NCBI GenBank assembly: GCA_020850635.1
Contig: JADZEH010000024.1
Span: 8,617 to 72,616, forward strand
Direction of reading: 5' to 3'
DNA from: Candidatus Doudnabacteria bacterium
GTDB lineage: Bacteria > Patescibacteriota > Doudnabacteria > UBA920
DNA: 64,000 nt
Position numbers and translations under genes: made by a program. Within the stretch, counting starts at the first letter, position 1, and every line of letters begins with the position of its first letter. Of this stretch, positions 1 to 9,793 are shown piece after piece. The notes under the pieces are model-generated. The model ran no database searches. It had not been told where the DNA came from and saw only the letters and a list, made by a program, of their open reading frames with translations.

Positions 1-1099
1 TAAAAGCTTTAATGGCGGCGATAGTGGTTTCGGGTACGGTTGAAAAAGAATCATCATAATATGCCACGCCGTTTAGTTTACCGACGAGTTGTAGTCGGTG
101 CTCAAGTCCGACAAATTTTTGAAGACTCTCATGAATAGCCTCAGGCTTAATCCCCATTTGAAGCGTGGTTAGAGTCGCAGCGCTGACATTTTGTAAGTTA
201 TGCAACCCTCGAAGCATTAAATCTTGTAATTTTACGAAGGGATTAGAAATTTCATCACCAAAACCAATAATAGTCACATTACCCTCATCGGAGATGAATG
301 CTCCTGGCACTAGTCGATTCTTTTGACTGACCCAGGCAATTTGAGCTGGGGTGAAAGTCTTAAATTCCTTGCTGGCTGGAAAATCAGCATTGATGACCGC
401 AAAGTCTTCTGTGGTTTGATGAGCCACAATGTTGCGTTTAGCTTCGTGGTATTCCCCGAGATTCTTATGATGATCTAAGTGATCTTGAGTGATCATTAAC
501 ACCACCGCAAACTTTGGACTTTTAGAAACATCTTGCAACTGAAAACTAGAAAGTTCAAAAACTACCACATCATTGTCAGTGAGGGTTTCTAAAATTTCGA
601 ATGGTTGAGTTTTACCAATGTTGCCAGTTAAATAAACCTTTGATTTTTCTGTAAGTTTGGACGAGTTATTAAAGGCTTTGATCTCGATTGCGTGCTTAAT
701 TATTTCATGAATCAAACTACTGGTTGTGCCTTTCCCTTTTGTCCCCGTAACTCCAATAACAACAGCTGGGGTATTTTCAAGAAACCATTTGGTTTGGCTG
801 GTAATTGTCGTACCATTTTTTTCAGCCTCAATGAGTTGAGAATTAAGACGGTGAATGCCCGGACTTCGAAAGACGACATTAAACTCGGCAATTTTGTTTA
901 AATAGTCAGCTCCGCTAATCACGCTTAGTTTATTTTCCGTTGCGAAATTGGCGTCTTTGTCAGCCCACTCATGAAAAGGTTTCTCATCTAAAATCACTGG
1001 CGCAAGATTTTGGGCCAGTAACCATCGAGTGGTAGCTTGTCCTTCTACACCGAATCCTAGAACAGCTATTTTTTTGTTTAATAGATCTTGCTTGGTCAT
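1..1099 (-). CDS. murD: UDP-N-acetylmuramoyl-L-alanine--D-glutamate ligase (3' end runs off the window; not in ORF track)
   Basis: Manual translation from ATG at 1099: MTKQDLLNKKIAVLGFGVEGQA; GVTGTKGKGTT P-loop, GNIG, ELSSFQL, QDHLDHH and GLEHRLQ...YYDDSFST motifs; ATGA overlap with the upstream gene. Confidence 0.95.
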   Translation of the reverse strand, partial: MTKQDLLNKKIAVLGFGVEGQATTRWLLAQNLAPVILDEKPFHEWADKDANFATENKLSVISGADYLNKIAEFNVVFRSPGIHRLNSQLIEAEKNGTTITSQTKWFLENTPAVVIGVTGTKGKGTTSSLIHEIIKHAIEIKAFNNSSKLTEKSKVYLTGNIGKTQPFEILETLTDNDVVVFELSSFQLQDVSKSPKFAVVLMITQDHLDHHKNLGEYHEAKRNIVAHQTTEDFAVINADFPASKEFKTFTPAQIAWVSQKNRLVPGAFISDEGNVTIIGFGDEISNPFVKLQDLMLRGLHNLQNVSAATLTTLQMGIKPEAIHESLQKFVGLEHRLQLVGKLNGVAYYDDSFSTVPETTIAAIKAF

Positions 1100-2688
1100 G
1101 TCTGTCGTTTCCTTAGAACTTGGCCGCTTAGAGTCTTGAGTGTAATCCCAGACTTTACAGTGAGTTGGCCATTAATCAGAACATGTTCAATTCCTCGAGG
1201 AAAGCGATAGGGGCTTGTTAGGGTTGCTGTATCGACAATAGTAGAAGGGTTAAAAATAACGATATCGGCTTTTTTCCCAACAGCGAGTTCACCACGATCA
1301 GTAATACCCACGACTTGTGCAGCCGTACTTGTGAGTTTGCGAATCGCCTCGCTTAAAGAAATGGCATTAGTGTCTCGGACGTCAGCTAAAAATTTAGGGG
1401 CTGTGCCAAAACAACGAGGATGAACTAAGCGGTCGTTAACTACACCACTGGTGACGCCCTGTGGGTTGGGAAAGCCTGCTCCATCGGTAGCGACCAAAGA
1501 AAACGGATGCATTACCAAACTCTCAACAGTTTTAGAATCGAGGGTTTGATCAAAAACCATAATTTCTGTGCCACCGTGTTCAATGAGCAAGAGTAGAGCT
1601 TCTTCACTCGTTATTTCAAAATCCTTAGCAATGTGGGATAGTCTCTTGCCGATTACGTTAAGTTTGTTAGCCGTAGATACCACCAATAGTTCGGGTAAGG
1701 TCGAGTTAGTGTTATGCAAGTGTTCAATAACTTTTTTTCGTTTGGTTGGGTCTTTGAGTTCGCTTAAGATGTGATTTCTACCACCAATTCTAATCCATGA
1801 CGGTAAGTATCGAGTAATATTTTGCCAAACCGTATCGTATGGGTAAACATCAAACCAGACATCAACACCTTGATGGCGTGCGGTTTCAAGCCGGTCGATA
1901 ACATGTTCCAATACGTGCTTATCTTGTCCCCCACTTAATTTTAAGTGAGAGATTTTTAGTTTGACTCCAGTGTCCTTCGCGAGCTCCAAAACTTCATCAA
2001 GGCTTTCGATAATATTTTCATCTTCGTTGCGTAAATGCACCGAAAATAAACCTTTGGTTTTAGCGACGGCTTCAACAAAATCTTTTAGTTCAATCGGAGT
2101 GACTGATAGTTCATGTCCGTAACCTAGCCCATTAGATAAACCAAAGGCTCCTTGAGCTAAACTTTGTTCTAGAAAAGCGAGTAAGGTTTTAGATTCTTGA
2201 GTTTGAAGAGCGTTAGCGTTTCCTCCTACAAGCCCGCGACGAAGCGTGCTGTATCCGACAAGGCTAGCAACGTTACACCCAAGTTCACTCATCTGTAGTG
2301 TCTCTATAAATTCTGAAAAACTGCTCCAGTTAACGTTTGCCCCTTCTAGGGAATGCCATTTTTGCATAGCACTTAACGATTCTCTGGAAAGCAGTGGAGC
2401 TAGGCTTGCTCCACAGTGTCCAACCACAATAGTTGTAAAACCTTGAGCACGTAAACTATCTAAAGAGGGGTTATCAAAAAGTTGCCAGTAGCTGTCGCTA
2501 TGGTTTTGGACATCGATAAAACCTGGGCAGACCACAAGTCCTTGGGCATCGATGACTGTTTGTCCAGCTGTGTCGATGGAGTCGGCAATCCGAACGATTT
2601 GTTCGCCTTCAATCGCGATGTCACCGTGACGCGGTTGACTGCCGGTACCATCAATGATGCTGGCATTTTTAATAACAACTGAATACAT
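1096..2688 (-). CDS. D-aminoacylase / N-acyl-D-amino-acid deacylase (amidohydrolase superfamily)
   Basis: IIDGTG N-terminus, PGFIDVQNHSD, GHCG, SVHLR, ISHLK, DVYPY, ATDG, HPRCFGT, DRGELAVGKKADIVIF. Confidence 0.88.
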   Translation of the reverse strand: MYSVVIKNASIIDGTGSQPRHGDIAIEGEQIVRIADSIDTAGQTVIDAQGLVVCPGFIDVQNHSDSYWQLFDNPSLDSLRAQGFTTIVVGHCGASLAPLLSRESLSAMQKWHSLEGANVNWSSFSEFIETLQMSELGCNVASLVGYSTLRRGLVGGNANALQTQESKTLLAFLEQSLAQGAFGLSNGLGYGHELSVTPIELKDFVEAVAKTKGLFSVHLRNEDENIIESLDEVLELAKDTGVKLKISHLKLSGGQDKHVLEHVIDRLETARHQGVDVWFDVYPYDTVWQNITRYLPSWIRIGGRNHILSELKDPTKRKKVIEHLHNTNSTLPELLVVSTANKLNVIGKRLSHIAKDFEITSEEALLLLIEHGGTEIMVFDQTLDSKTVESLVMHPFSLVATDGAGFPNPQGVTSGVVNDRLVHPRCFGTAPKFLADVRDTNAISLSEAIRKLTSTAAQVVGITDRGELAVGKKADIVIFNPSTIVDTATLTSPYRFPRGIEHVLINGQLTVKSGITLKTLSGQVLRKRQT

Positions 2689-2696
2689 AAATTTCT

Positions 2697-3743
2697 TTAG
2701 AGATATCGATCAAGGAAAAAAATTATAACTCCAATAATACTTGTGACTGCGGAAATAATCCAAAAACGCATGGTTACTTTAGTTTCGGGCCAGCCTAATG
2801 CTTCAAAGTGGTGATGTATCGGAGCTGATATAAATATTTTCCGTTTAAAGACTTTTTTAGAAAAGATTTGAATGATCGCGCTAAAAGCTTCGATTACAAA
2901 AATAAATCCAATCAAAGGCAGGAGTAAAACGGAGTTGGTTAAAAATGCGACAATAGCCAAAAGCACACCCAGACCCATAGAACCCGTATCGCCCATGATA
3001 AATCTCGCTGGGTATACGTTAAACCACAGGAAAGCTAGCAAGCCACCGATCGTGACTCCTAGAAACGCGGCTAAGTTTTCTCTTCCACTCATGTAAGAAA
3101 TCAAAGAGAAAGATAGAAAAGCAATTAACAGTGTGCCTCCAGCTAGCCCATCTAAGCCGTCGGTTTCATTCACAGCAAAACTAGTCCCAACCACGACTAA
3201 AATAAAGAATGGGATAAAGAGCCAGCCAATTTCTAAATTTCCATAAAAAGGAACATGCAAATAACTAAAATCTAATTTGAAATAAAACCACCACGCACCA
3301 ATTATGGCCACCAGTGTATACAAGAAAACTTTAAAGCGGAAAGGAAAACCCCGACCTTTATGGCCTAAGCGATTGATGTCTAGAAAATCGTCAGCGAGAC
3401 CAACGAGTGAGGCTCCAAGAAACGCACCAAGTGGCAGTAAGGTTTCGCGACGTGTCAAAAAGTTGAAACCATGTGCTCCGGGAATTTCAAAAATACGATC
3501 AGCAATCCAAAAAACCACAGCAATAATAACAACGGTACCCCAGACTAAAATTCCCCCCATGGTTGGGGTGCCTTTTTTATCTTTATGTAAGGCTGAGAAT
3601 ACTGGAGTACTCCCATCATCGCGAATATTTTTACCAAGTTTGTATTTATATAAAAAGTGGGTAAGCAGTGGAGTGGCTAGTAACGCAAAAACGAATCCAA
3701 TCGAGGTCAGAGTGAAAATTTTGGTCAAAATCAGTGAAGTCAT
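2697..3743 (-). CDS. mraY: Phospho-N-acetylmuramoyl-pentapeptide transferase
   Basis: KKGTPTMGG, NETDGLDGL, FIMGDTGS, APIHHHFE; about 10 TM segments. Confidence 0.97.
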   Translation of the reverse strand: MTSLILTKIFTLTSIGFVFALLATPLLTHFLYKYKLGKNIRDDGSTPVFSALHKDKKGTPTMGGILVWGTVVIIAVVFWIADRIFEIPGAHGFNFLTRRETLLPLGAFLGASLVGLADDFLDINRLGHKGRGFPFRFKVFLYTLVAIIGAWWFYFKLDFSYLHVPFYGNLEIGWLFIPFFILVVVGTSFAVNETDGLDGLAGGTLLIAFLSFSLISYMSGRENLAAFLGVTIGGLLAFLWFNVYPARFIMGDTGSMGLGVLLAIVAFLTNSVLLLPLIGFIFVIEAFSAIIQIFSKKVFKRKIFISAPIHHHFEALGWPETKVTMRFWIISAVTSIIGVIIFFLDRYL

Positions 3744-3768
3744 ATGTTTATATTATACCACAAAAGCC

Positions 3769-4746
3769 CTATTTTAAGGGCTCAGTAGTTTCTAATGAAT
3801 AACTTTCTTGCACTATAGTTTTTAAACGGGTGGTATCGCTGTCACGATAATCACTTCCCAAGACAATAACCGCGATCTCGTGACCTTGATGATCAAATTT
3901 TGTAACCATCGCACCTTGGGCACCTTCGGTGTATCCAGTTTTGATTCCGGTAATTGCTGAATCTTTTTGAATTAACTTATTTGTCGCTCTAACACGATAA
4001 GTGTTTCCAAAGCTTCCTGAAAAGCTATATTGAGATAGTCGACCAAGTTCAGAAAAGTTTTGATGTCTTAGGATTGCTTTGACTAAAATATGAACATCAT
4101 AAGCGGTTGAGAACTGTTTGGAGCTATCAAACCCAATCGGGTTTTCAAAACGAGTGTTTTGCATCCCAAGTGCTCCTGCTTTTTGGTTCATTAAATCAGC
4201 GATCTGAATTCCAGTTTTATCTGCGACAACTCTCCCTAAAAATACTGCGGCGTCATTTGCCGAACCAACGAGCATCGCATTGATAACGTCGTTAACTTTT
4301 ACCGATTCCCCAATTCGCAGTCTTAAAGATGGGGTTATGGTTAGACTATCTTTCGGGGTAACAACAATTTGTTCATCTAGTGCTAAGTATTCATAGGCCA
4401 ATAATGCCGTCATGAGTTTAGTTAGACTGGCGATTGAGGTTTTAGTGTCAGACTCCTTTTCAGTAAGAATTTGTCCTGTTTCAATATCAAACACAAAGAA
4501 ACTTCGGGCGGAAACACTGGTGGTATCAACAATCTTTTTAAGGACAAATTGTTGTGGTTTGAGTTCCGTGAAGCTCGGAAGAGCACTATCGGTAGCAGTC
4601 TCTGCCCCTAAGACTTTTGGTTCAGGCGAGCTTTTGGCGAGTTCTGTTGGCGCTGAGACAGTCGGGGTGAAGACTGCAAATAAAAAAAGCGCCAAAATTC
4701 CTGTGAGCATGCTAAAAACACTGATTTTTGTTTTGATTTCGTCCAT
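3769..4746 (-). CDS. D-alanyl-D-alanine carboxypeptidase (peptidase S11), N-terminally anchored
   Basis: SxxK (ASLTK), SxN (SAND) and KTG (IKTGYT) motifs. Confidence 0.9.
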   Translation of the reverse strand: MDEIKTKISVFSMLTGILALFLFAVFTPTVSAPTELAKSSPEPKVLGAETATDSALPSFTELKPQQFVLKKIVDTTSVSARSFFVFDIETGQILTEKESDTKTSIASLTKLMTALLAYEYLALDEQIVVTPKDSLTITPSLRLRIGESVKVNDVINAMLVGSANDAAVFLGRVVADKTGIQIADLMNQKAGALGMQNTRFENPIGFDSSKQFSTAYDVHILVKAILRHQNFSELGRLSQYSFSGSFGNTYRVRATNKLIQKDSAITGIKTGYTEGAQGAMVTKFDHQGHEIAVIVLGSDYRDSDTTRLKTIVQESYSLETTEPLK

Positions 4747-4844
4747 ATTTCTTTACTATAAGTATACACTAGATTCTTCGCATTTGTTGACAACGAAAAC
4801 CCTTTGTGGATAAGATACCTTGTAACCAAATTAACAAAAATATT

Positions 4845-5165
4845 ATGGATGAAGTAAACGTAACCGAAGAAACCTTTGACCAGGAAGTTCTTAAGTCAAA
4901 TGTCCCAGTGCTGGTCGACTTTTGGGCAGAATGGTGTGGGCCATGTAAAATTGTTCACCCTATTTTAGACGAAATTCGTCAAGAATATAGTGGTAAAATC
5001 AAGATCGCTAAAGTAAACGTGGATGAGCAAAATGCTCTCGCTGGACGATATAACGTGATGAGTATTCCGAATATGAAGATTTTCAAAGGTGGTCAACAAG
5101 TTGGTGAAATTGTTGGCGCCGCTCCTAAACAGTCTATCCTTGCCGAACTCTTGAAACACATGTAA
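4845..5165 (+). CDS. trxA: Thioredoxin (start reassigned to ATG 4845)
   Basis: VDFWAEWCGPCK active site. Confidence 0.96.
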   Translation: MDEVNVTEETFDQEVLKSNVPVLVDFWAEWCGPCKIVHPILDEIRQEYSGKIKIAKVNVDEQNALAGRYNVMSIPNMKIFKGGQQVGEIVGAAPKQSILAELLKHM

Positions 5166-5167
5166 AT

Positions 5168-5194
5168 AAAAACCCCGCTCACAAGCGGGGTTTT
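5168..5194. terminator. Bidirectional intrinsic terminator between convergent trxA and the ATPase gene
   Basis: AAAACCCCGC-TCACAA-GCGGGGTTTT. Confidence 0.85.
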
Positions 5195-5198
5195 AAAT

Positions 5199-7115
5199 TT
5201 AGAATTGGTGGACTTCACCGGGTTTTAAGACTTGAGGGCTTTCCTCAGCTGGTTTTGGTGGCTGTGGTACGGGCTGTGTGGCTGGTTCTGCTGGTTTATT
5301 GATTGCAACTTGAGACACAGCACTCTCCACTTTATTTAACAAATCGTCAGTCTTTGATTTATCAATTGTGTGTACGGTATCCCAAATAGGGTTTTCGTGT
5401 TTTTTGGGTTGTGGTTTTGGTTGACTTGGTCGGTCAGTACTTCGTCTTTGTGGTGGTCTATTTCGATCGCCGTGTCTTCGGTTATCATCAGAACGATGTT
5501 CTGAGCGTGGTTGATTATTACTACTACCACGATCTCTGCGTGAATCTCTGCCGCCAGATGAACGAGTGCGGTTCGGGTCTGAAGATTGCTCAACTTTAGG
5601 AATCAAAGGCTTCTCCTTGTATTCATCTTTCGGTTCAGCTGAAGGAACAGCTGAAGCCATGGCCTTGGGTTCGGTAGGACGTGGAGCGTCGGGAACTGTT
5701 TCCGAAGCTGTAAATGGTTTTTGTGGTGCTAAAATTTCTTGAATTTGACTTTTGCGTTCTGTGGTTGGGTTTTCATCAGCTCTTTCTTCGGTGCCAACTA
5801 ATACACCTGCTTGTTCATGGTATTCAGCGCCCATCCAACGACTAATTTTTTCTTCAACTTCTGCAACGTCATTACCATATCGTTCGCGGGAAACTTTAAT
5901 TACCTTCTCGGCATTTCCAGTTTTCCATAAGTCATTAACGGGCATCGTTACAGCAGAAAAAGGATCACTGGCTACACCATTGATCATCAATTTTAAAATA
6001 ATGTTGTACTTCGGTAAGTTCACAATATCGGTTGGAGTAAAGATTGGGTCGAATTCTGTTTCTAGGAATTCGGCATCGGCTGCGCCAACTCGGAATATTA
6101 CCATGGTACCAACGTTACCAAACACAGCATCGCGAACCTTCGTACTGTTGCGATCGGGAACTAACTGACCAATATACTGGTGACCCATTATCAAATTCAG
6201 TCGGTATTTACGAGCTTCGCTCAAAATTGTAGCGAAACTTTCGGTCACAAAGTTTTGAAACTCATCTACATATAAATAGAAATCTTTACGTTCTTCTTCG
6301 GGGATATCAACGCGAGACAAAGCCGCCAATTGAAGTTTGGTAATAATCATCGCACCAAGCAAAGCTGAGTTGTCTTCACCAACTTTACCTTTAGACAAAT
6401 CCAAGAGCATGATCTTTTGGTTATCCATCATACTACGTAGGTCTATAGTAGAGCGTGGTTGACCGATAATATTACGAATAATACCGGATGACAAGAACTG
6501 TCCAACTTTGTTTTGAATTGGGGCTACCGCTTCTGTTCGATACTTTTCAGCATAGTTGGCGTATTCATCAACCCAAAAAGCGCGGACCATAGGGTCTTTG
6601 ATGTTGTCGACAATCTTTTTACGATACTTTTTGTCGACGTACATGCGAACAATACCAAGCATGGTGTTACCCGGACTTTCGAGCAAAGCCAAAATGGTGT
6701 TGTTAAGAATGTATTCCATACGAGAGGACCAGGTGTTGGCCCAAATCTTGGTAAACACACCCATCAAACCAGAAGCAACTAAATGTTTGTACTTGGTATC
6801 AACGGCTTCAAGAATGTTAAACGCGATTGGGTGATCTAAATCAGCAGGGTTAAAGTAAATAACGTCGTTAACACGACTACTTGGAACATAATCGAGGATT
6901 TTAGCGACTGAATCACCATGTGGGTCGATAAAACACACACCGTGACCATTTCTGATGTCCTGGATGACCATATTTTCCATCAAAGTCGTCTTACCCATAC
7001 CGGTTTTACCGATAATGTACATGTGACGACGACGATCATCAGCTTTTATACCAAAAGGCACTTCTCGATTGCGGAAGTTGGTTTTAGCGAAAAAGTTAAT
7101 GTCAGTATTGGCCAT
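5199..7115 (-). CDS. VirD4/TraG/HerA-like P-loop ATPase (type IV coupling-protein-like) with disordered C-tail
   Basis: Walker A GKTGMGKT, IDPHGD, Walker B LYVDEFQNF, ILSEARKYRLNLIMGHQY, AVFGNVGT; P/R/S-rich tail. Confidence 0.85.
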   Translation of the reverse strand: MANTDINFFAKTNFRNREVPFGIKADDRRRHMYIIGKTGMGKTTLMENMVIQDIRNGHGVCFIDPHGDSVAKILDYVPSSRVNDVIYFNPADLDHPIAFNILEAVDTKYKHLVASGLMGVFTKIWANTWSSRMEYILNNTILALLESPGNTMLGIVRMYVDKKYRKKIVDNIKDPMVRAFWVDEYANYAEKYRTEAVAPIQNKVGQFLSSGIIRNIIGQPRSTIDLRSMMDNQKIMLLDLSKGKVGEDNSALLGAMIITKLQLAALSRVDIPEEERKDFYLYVDEFQNFVTESFATILSEARKYRLNLIMGHQYIGQLVPDRNSTKVRDAVFGNVGTMVIFRVGAADAEFLETEFDPIFTPTDIVNLPKYNIILKLMINGVASDPFSAVTMPVNDLWKTGNAEKVIKVSRERYGNDVAEVEEKISRWMGAEYHEQAGVLVGTEERADENPTTERKSQIQEILAPQKPFTASETVPDAPRPTEPKAMASAVPSAEPKDEYKEKPLIPKVEQSSDPNRTRSSGGRDSRRDRGSSNNQPRSEHRSDDNRRHGDRNRPPQRRSTDRPSQPKPQPKKHENPIWDTVHTIDKSKTDDLLNKVESAVSQVAINKPAEPATQPVPQPPKPAEESPQVLKPGEVHQF

Positions 7116-7156
7116 AGTTGTAGTATAAAGTTATTAGCTTAAAGTAGCTAATATTA

Positions 7157-8479
7157 TTAGTAGTCGCCAGTAGGCAAATCCACAGGAGGCTGAGCTTTTT
7201 TGCTTTCGACTGAGGCCACTGGTGGCTGAGTTGGGTTTAACGACAATGGTAAATGGAATATCGTTGCGATTTCTTCAGCATTTAAGACAGGCATAGGATT
7301 ACCAATAAAGATACTGCGCTCTTTATACCCAGTGAACATGTATTTCTTCAGGATTTTCTTTTGTCTATCTACGTAAGGTTTTTCAAGGGTTGGTGAAAGC
7401 TTGGCCTTAGGATCGGTCCAAGTTTTTTTAGTATCTGGTTTTAAAGCGTTTAAAGTCCCTGAACCGAGAACGCGCATCGCCCCAACCATTAATGCTTTCT
7501 TAGCTGGGTCAAATTTATCTTTAGGGGCAACGTACATGTGACGAACTTTAGTATAATAGCCAGCCTTAGAAGTTTTATTCTGCACAGCATTAACTGCGGT
7601 TTTTTCAACCTCAGTCATGTTGAGTAAGTTATTTTTCTGATCATTTTTTTGCTCAGGTTTGACCTCTGAAACAAGTAAACTAGAAAATTTAAAATCTGCG
7701 ACAAAGTCAAACGGTGTCATTAAGATATTCAAGAGGGAAACTTTTTTTGGTAATTTTTCGCCAAGAAGAAGTTTTGATTTTTTTAGGGCTTCTTCGCGCC
7801 AACCTTCAGCATCGCCCGCTGGTTGAATAATCACTTGCATACCATAAAATTCCCAAGGTTGCATTTTACCCATGGCTTCGAAAACTGGTGCTAAGGGGTC
7901 GATAATTTTTTGTTCGGCAGTTGGATGTTCAAATTCTTTCCAAGTTTTAATCGGAATCGACTGGTCGTTGACAAGAGTAAATTCTGTACCCCAAAGATCA
8001 AAATCACTGGTTTCAGGGTCATACTCGATGTTTTCCATGTAATCATTAACTTCCACAACTTCTGCTGCCGGATACTGACCATAAATAGCCGCTTCAACCA
8101 ACTCTTTGGTATCAATCGGCGCGCGAATAATGAAGTTAACCTTACCACCTAGGCTCACGACTTCTAAGGAATACCATAGCATCACCTTACCTTCAATATA
8201 CTTGTTGGCAAAAGTCAGGCTAGTAAATAAGGCGTGGAGTTGATTAAAGATTTGTTCAACTGCCAGAGTACTCGTAAGGTTTTCGCGAGGAACTTTAATA
8301 CTCAAAAACACCCATTTTTGACTAGCAATAAACTGGGTGACAATTTCAAAGTAATATAGTTTATAGAGAATATAGATGCCGACGCCAATAAAGGCGACCC
8401 AACCACCGTGCGCAATAATGTACCACAATGGTCCAAAAATATCCCCCAACCCTGCAAACGGATTTCCAAAAATTCCCAT
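7157..8479 (-). CDS. Conserved membrane-anchored hypothetical protein, adjacent to the VirD4-like ATPase
   Basis: N-terminal TM; SLEVVS...IYGQYPAAEVVEVNDY and LNAEEIATIFHLP motifs that I recall from CPR ATPase-associated proteins. Confidence 0.65.
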   Translation of the reverse strand: MGIFGNPFAGLGDIFGPLWYIIAHGGWVAFIGVGIYILYKLYYFEIVTQFIASQKWVFLSIKVPRENLTSTLAVEQIFNQLHALFTSLTFANKYIEGKVMLWYSLEVVSLGGKVNFIIRAPIDTKELVEAAIYGQYPAAEVVEVNDYMENIEYDPETSDFDLWGTEFTLVNDQSIPIKTWKEFEHPTAEQKIIDPLAPVFEAMGKMQPWEFYGMQVIIQPAGDAEGWREEALKKSKLLLGEKLPKKVSLLNILMTPFDFVADFKFSSLLVSEVKPEQKNDQKNNLLNMTEVEKTAVNAVQNKTSKAGYYTKVRHMYVAPKDKFDPAKKALMVGAMRVLGSGTLNALKPDTKKTWTDPKAKLSPTLEKPYVDRQKKILKKYMFTGYKERSIFIGNPMPVLNAEEIATIFHLPLSLNPTQPPVASVESKKAQPPVDLPTGDY

Positions 8480-8514
8480 GTTTTTATTTCAAATAAAGTC
8501 CCAACAAACTAAAA

Positions 8515-9600
8515 CTAAACTAGAGCGTATAGATTCTTTGCAACCTTTTTAAATAGCTTCTTGTTTGATAGACCAACTAAGATAGTATTCTTTTTTACCA
8601 AACGACGTTCAAGTACAGCGTCTACTATTTCGTCTCGGGTCATTGGTTGACCTTTTTGCTCTAAGATCTCTTTAATCATATCAGAAACAACGCCAGGTTT
8701 ATATCCCCATTCAGCTAAAGCGTAAATTCCGCGACCAACAAGAACAAAACGAGTGTCTTTGATAAGTTTGTTATGAACAGTTTCTTTGTAAGCAGTACGG
8801 TTGTCGAGCTTATGTTTGTTAATAAGTTCAGTAATAGTAGCGTAATGTTCTGGTTTCTTGTGGTGACGCATGACCAAATAAGCTTTATCACCAACGTCTT
8901 TTGGATGAATTTCACTCCAATCGCTGAGACCAAACTCACCGAAGACATTTTGTTCAACTGGTTGGGCGGCGTGAAGGAAGTTAATTAAAACTCGGTCATG
9001 TAAATCTTGATGATGTTTGTTAAATAACTCAGTTTCCTTAACCTTTTCTAGGAAATGCTCAGTATGCATAGGCTTGCCATGCTTGTTGAACATAGACTTT
9101 ACTTCGGAAATAAAGTCTTTCAATAAATCTTTGTTAAAACTTGGCATTTTCCAAGATGGCTTGATGTGAGCCTCGTTATCAACAAGTTCTAATTCAGAAA
9201 TGAGGTGTAAAATAAAACGAATTGAGTTTTCTTGCTGAGGAGTTTGACTGTTAAGTAGTTCTAGTAAACGTTCTTCAGAGATAATTCCACCATGCTCTAA
9301 AACCATATTCACGATTAAATCACGAGCGAGTGAAAATACTTGTTCGTCATTGGCATTACGTTTTAAAGCTCCAAGAAGCTCCTTTTCAATTTGGCGAACG
9401 CGTTCACGGGTTAAGCCTTGTTCTTCACCAACAGTTTTCAGAGTGGCAACAGGACTACCGTTTAAACCATAACGCTTAATTAAGATGGTTTTTTCACGTT
9501 CTTTTAGAGGTTCTAAAAGCTTGGAGACAATCAAAGCATGCTCGAATTTCTCGAGGGTCTTTTGCTGTTGCGTATCAATAATTTGGTCTAAAATTCCCAT
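8515..9600 (-). CDS. Sigma70 region-4 HTH plus C-terminal winged-helix (HARE-HTH / RNAP delta-like) protein
   Basis: LKEREKTILIKRYGL...TLKTVGEEQGLTRERVRQIE; TVHNKLIKDTRFVLVGRGIYALAEWG. Confidence 0.75.
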   Translation of the reverse strand: MGILDQIIDTQQQKTLEKFEHALIVSKLLEPLKEREKTILIKRYGLNGSPVATLKTVGEEQGLTRERVRQIEKELLGALKRNANDEQVFSLARDLIVNMVLEHGGIISEERLLELLNSQTPQQENSIRFILHLISELELVDNEAHIKPSWKMPSFNKDLLKDFISEVKSMFNKHGKPMHTEHFLEKVKETELFNKHHQDLHDRVLINFLHAAQPVEQNVFGEFGLSDWSEIHPKDVGDKAYLVMRHHKKPEHYATITELINKHKLDNRTAYKETVHNKLIKDTRFVLVGRGIYALAEWGYKPGVVSDMIKEILEQKGQPMTRDEIVDAVLERRLVKKNTILVGLSNKKLFKKVAKNLYALV

Positions 9601-9793
9601 ATATTTGTGATATTCTAAACAGATTTTTCAGATGTTCTAAAGTATAACATAAACTTTTATATAAGTCAAATAAACCATATAATACTGTTTTGGCCTGTGT
9701 ATAACCATTCACCCACCCTTAGAACCCTGTTATCGCCGGAAAATAGTATCGTTCAAAAAAACTGCCTCCATGGATGAAGACAGTTTTTTAAGC

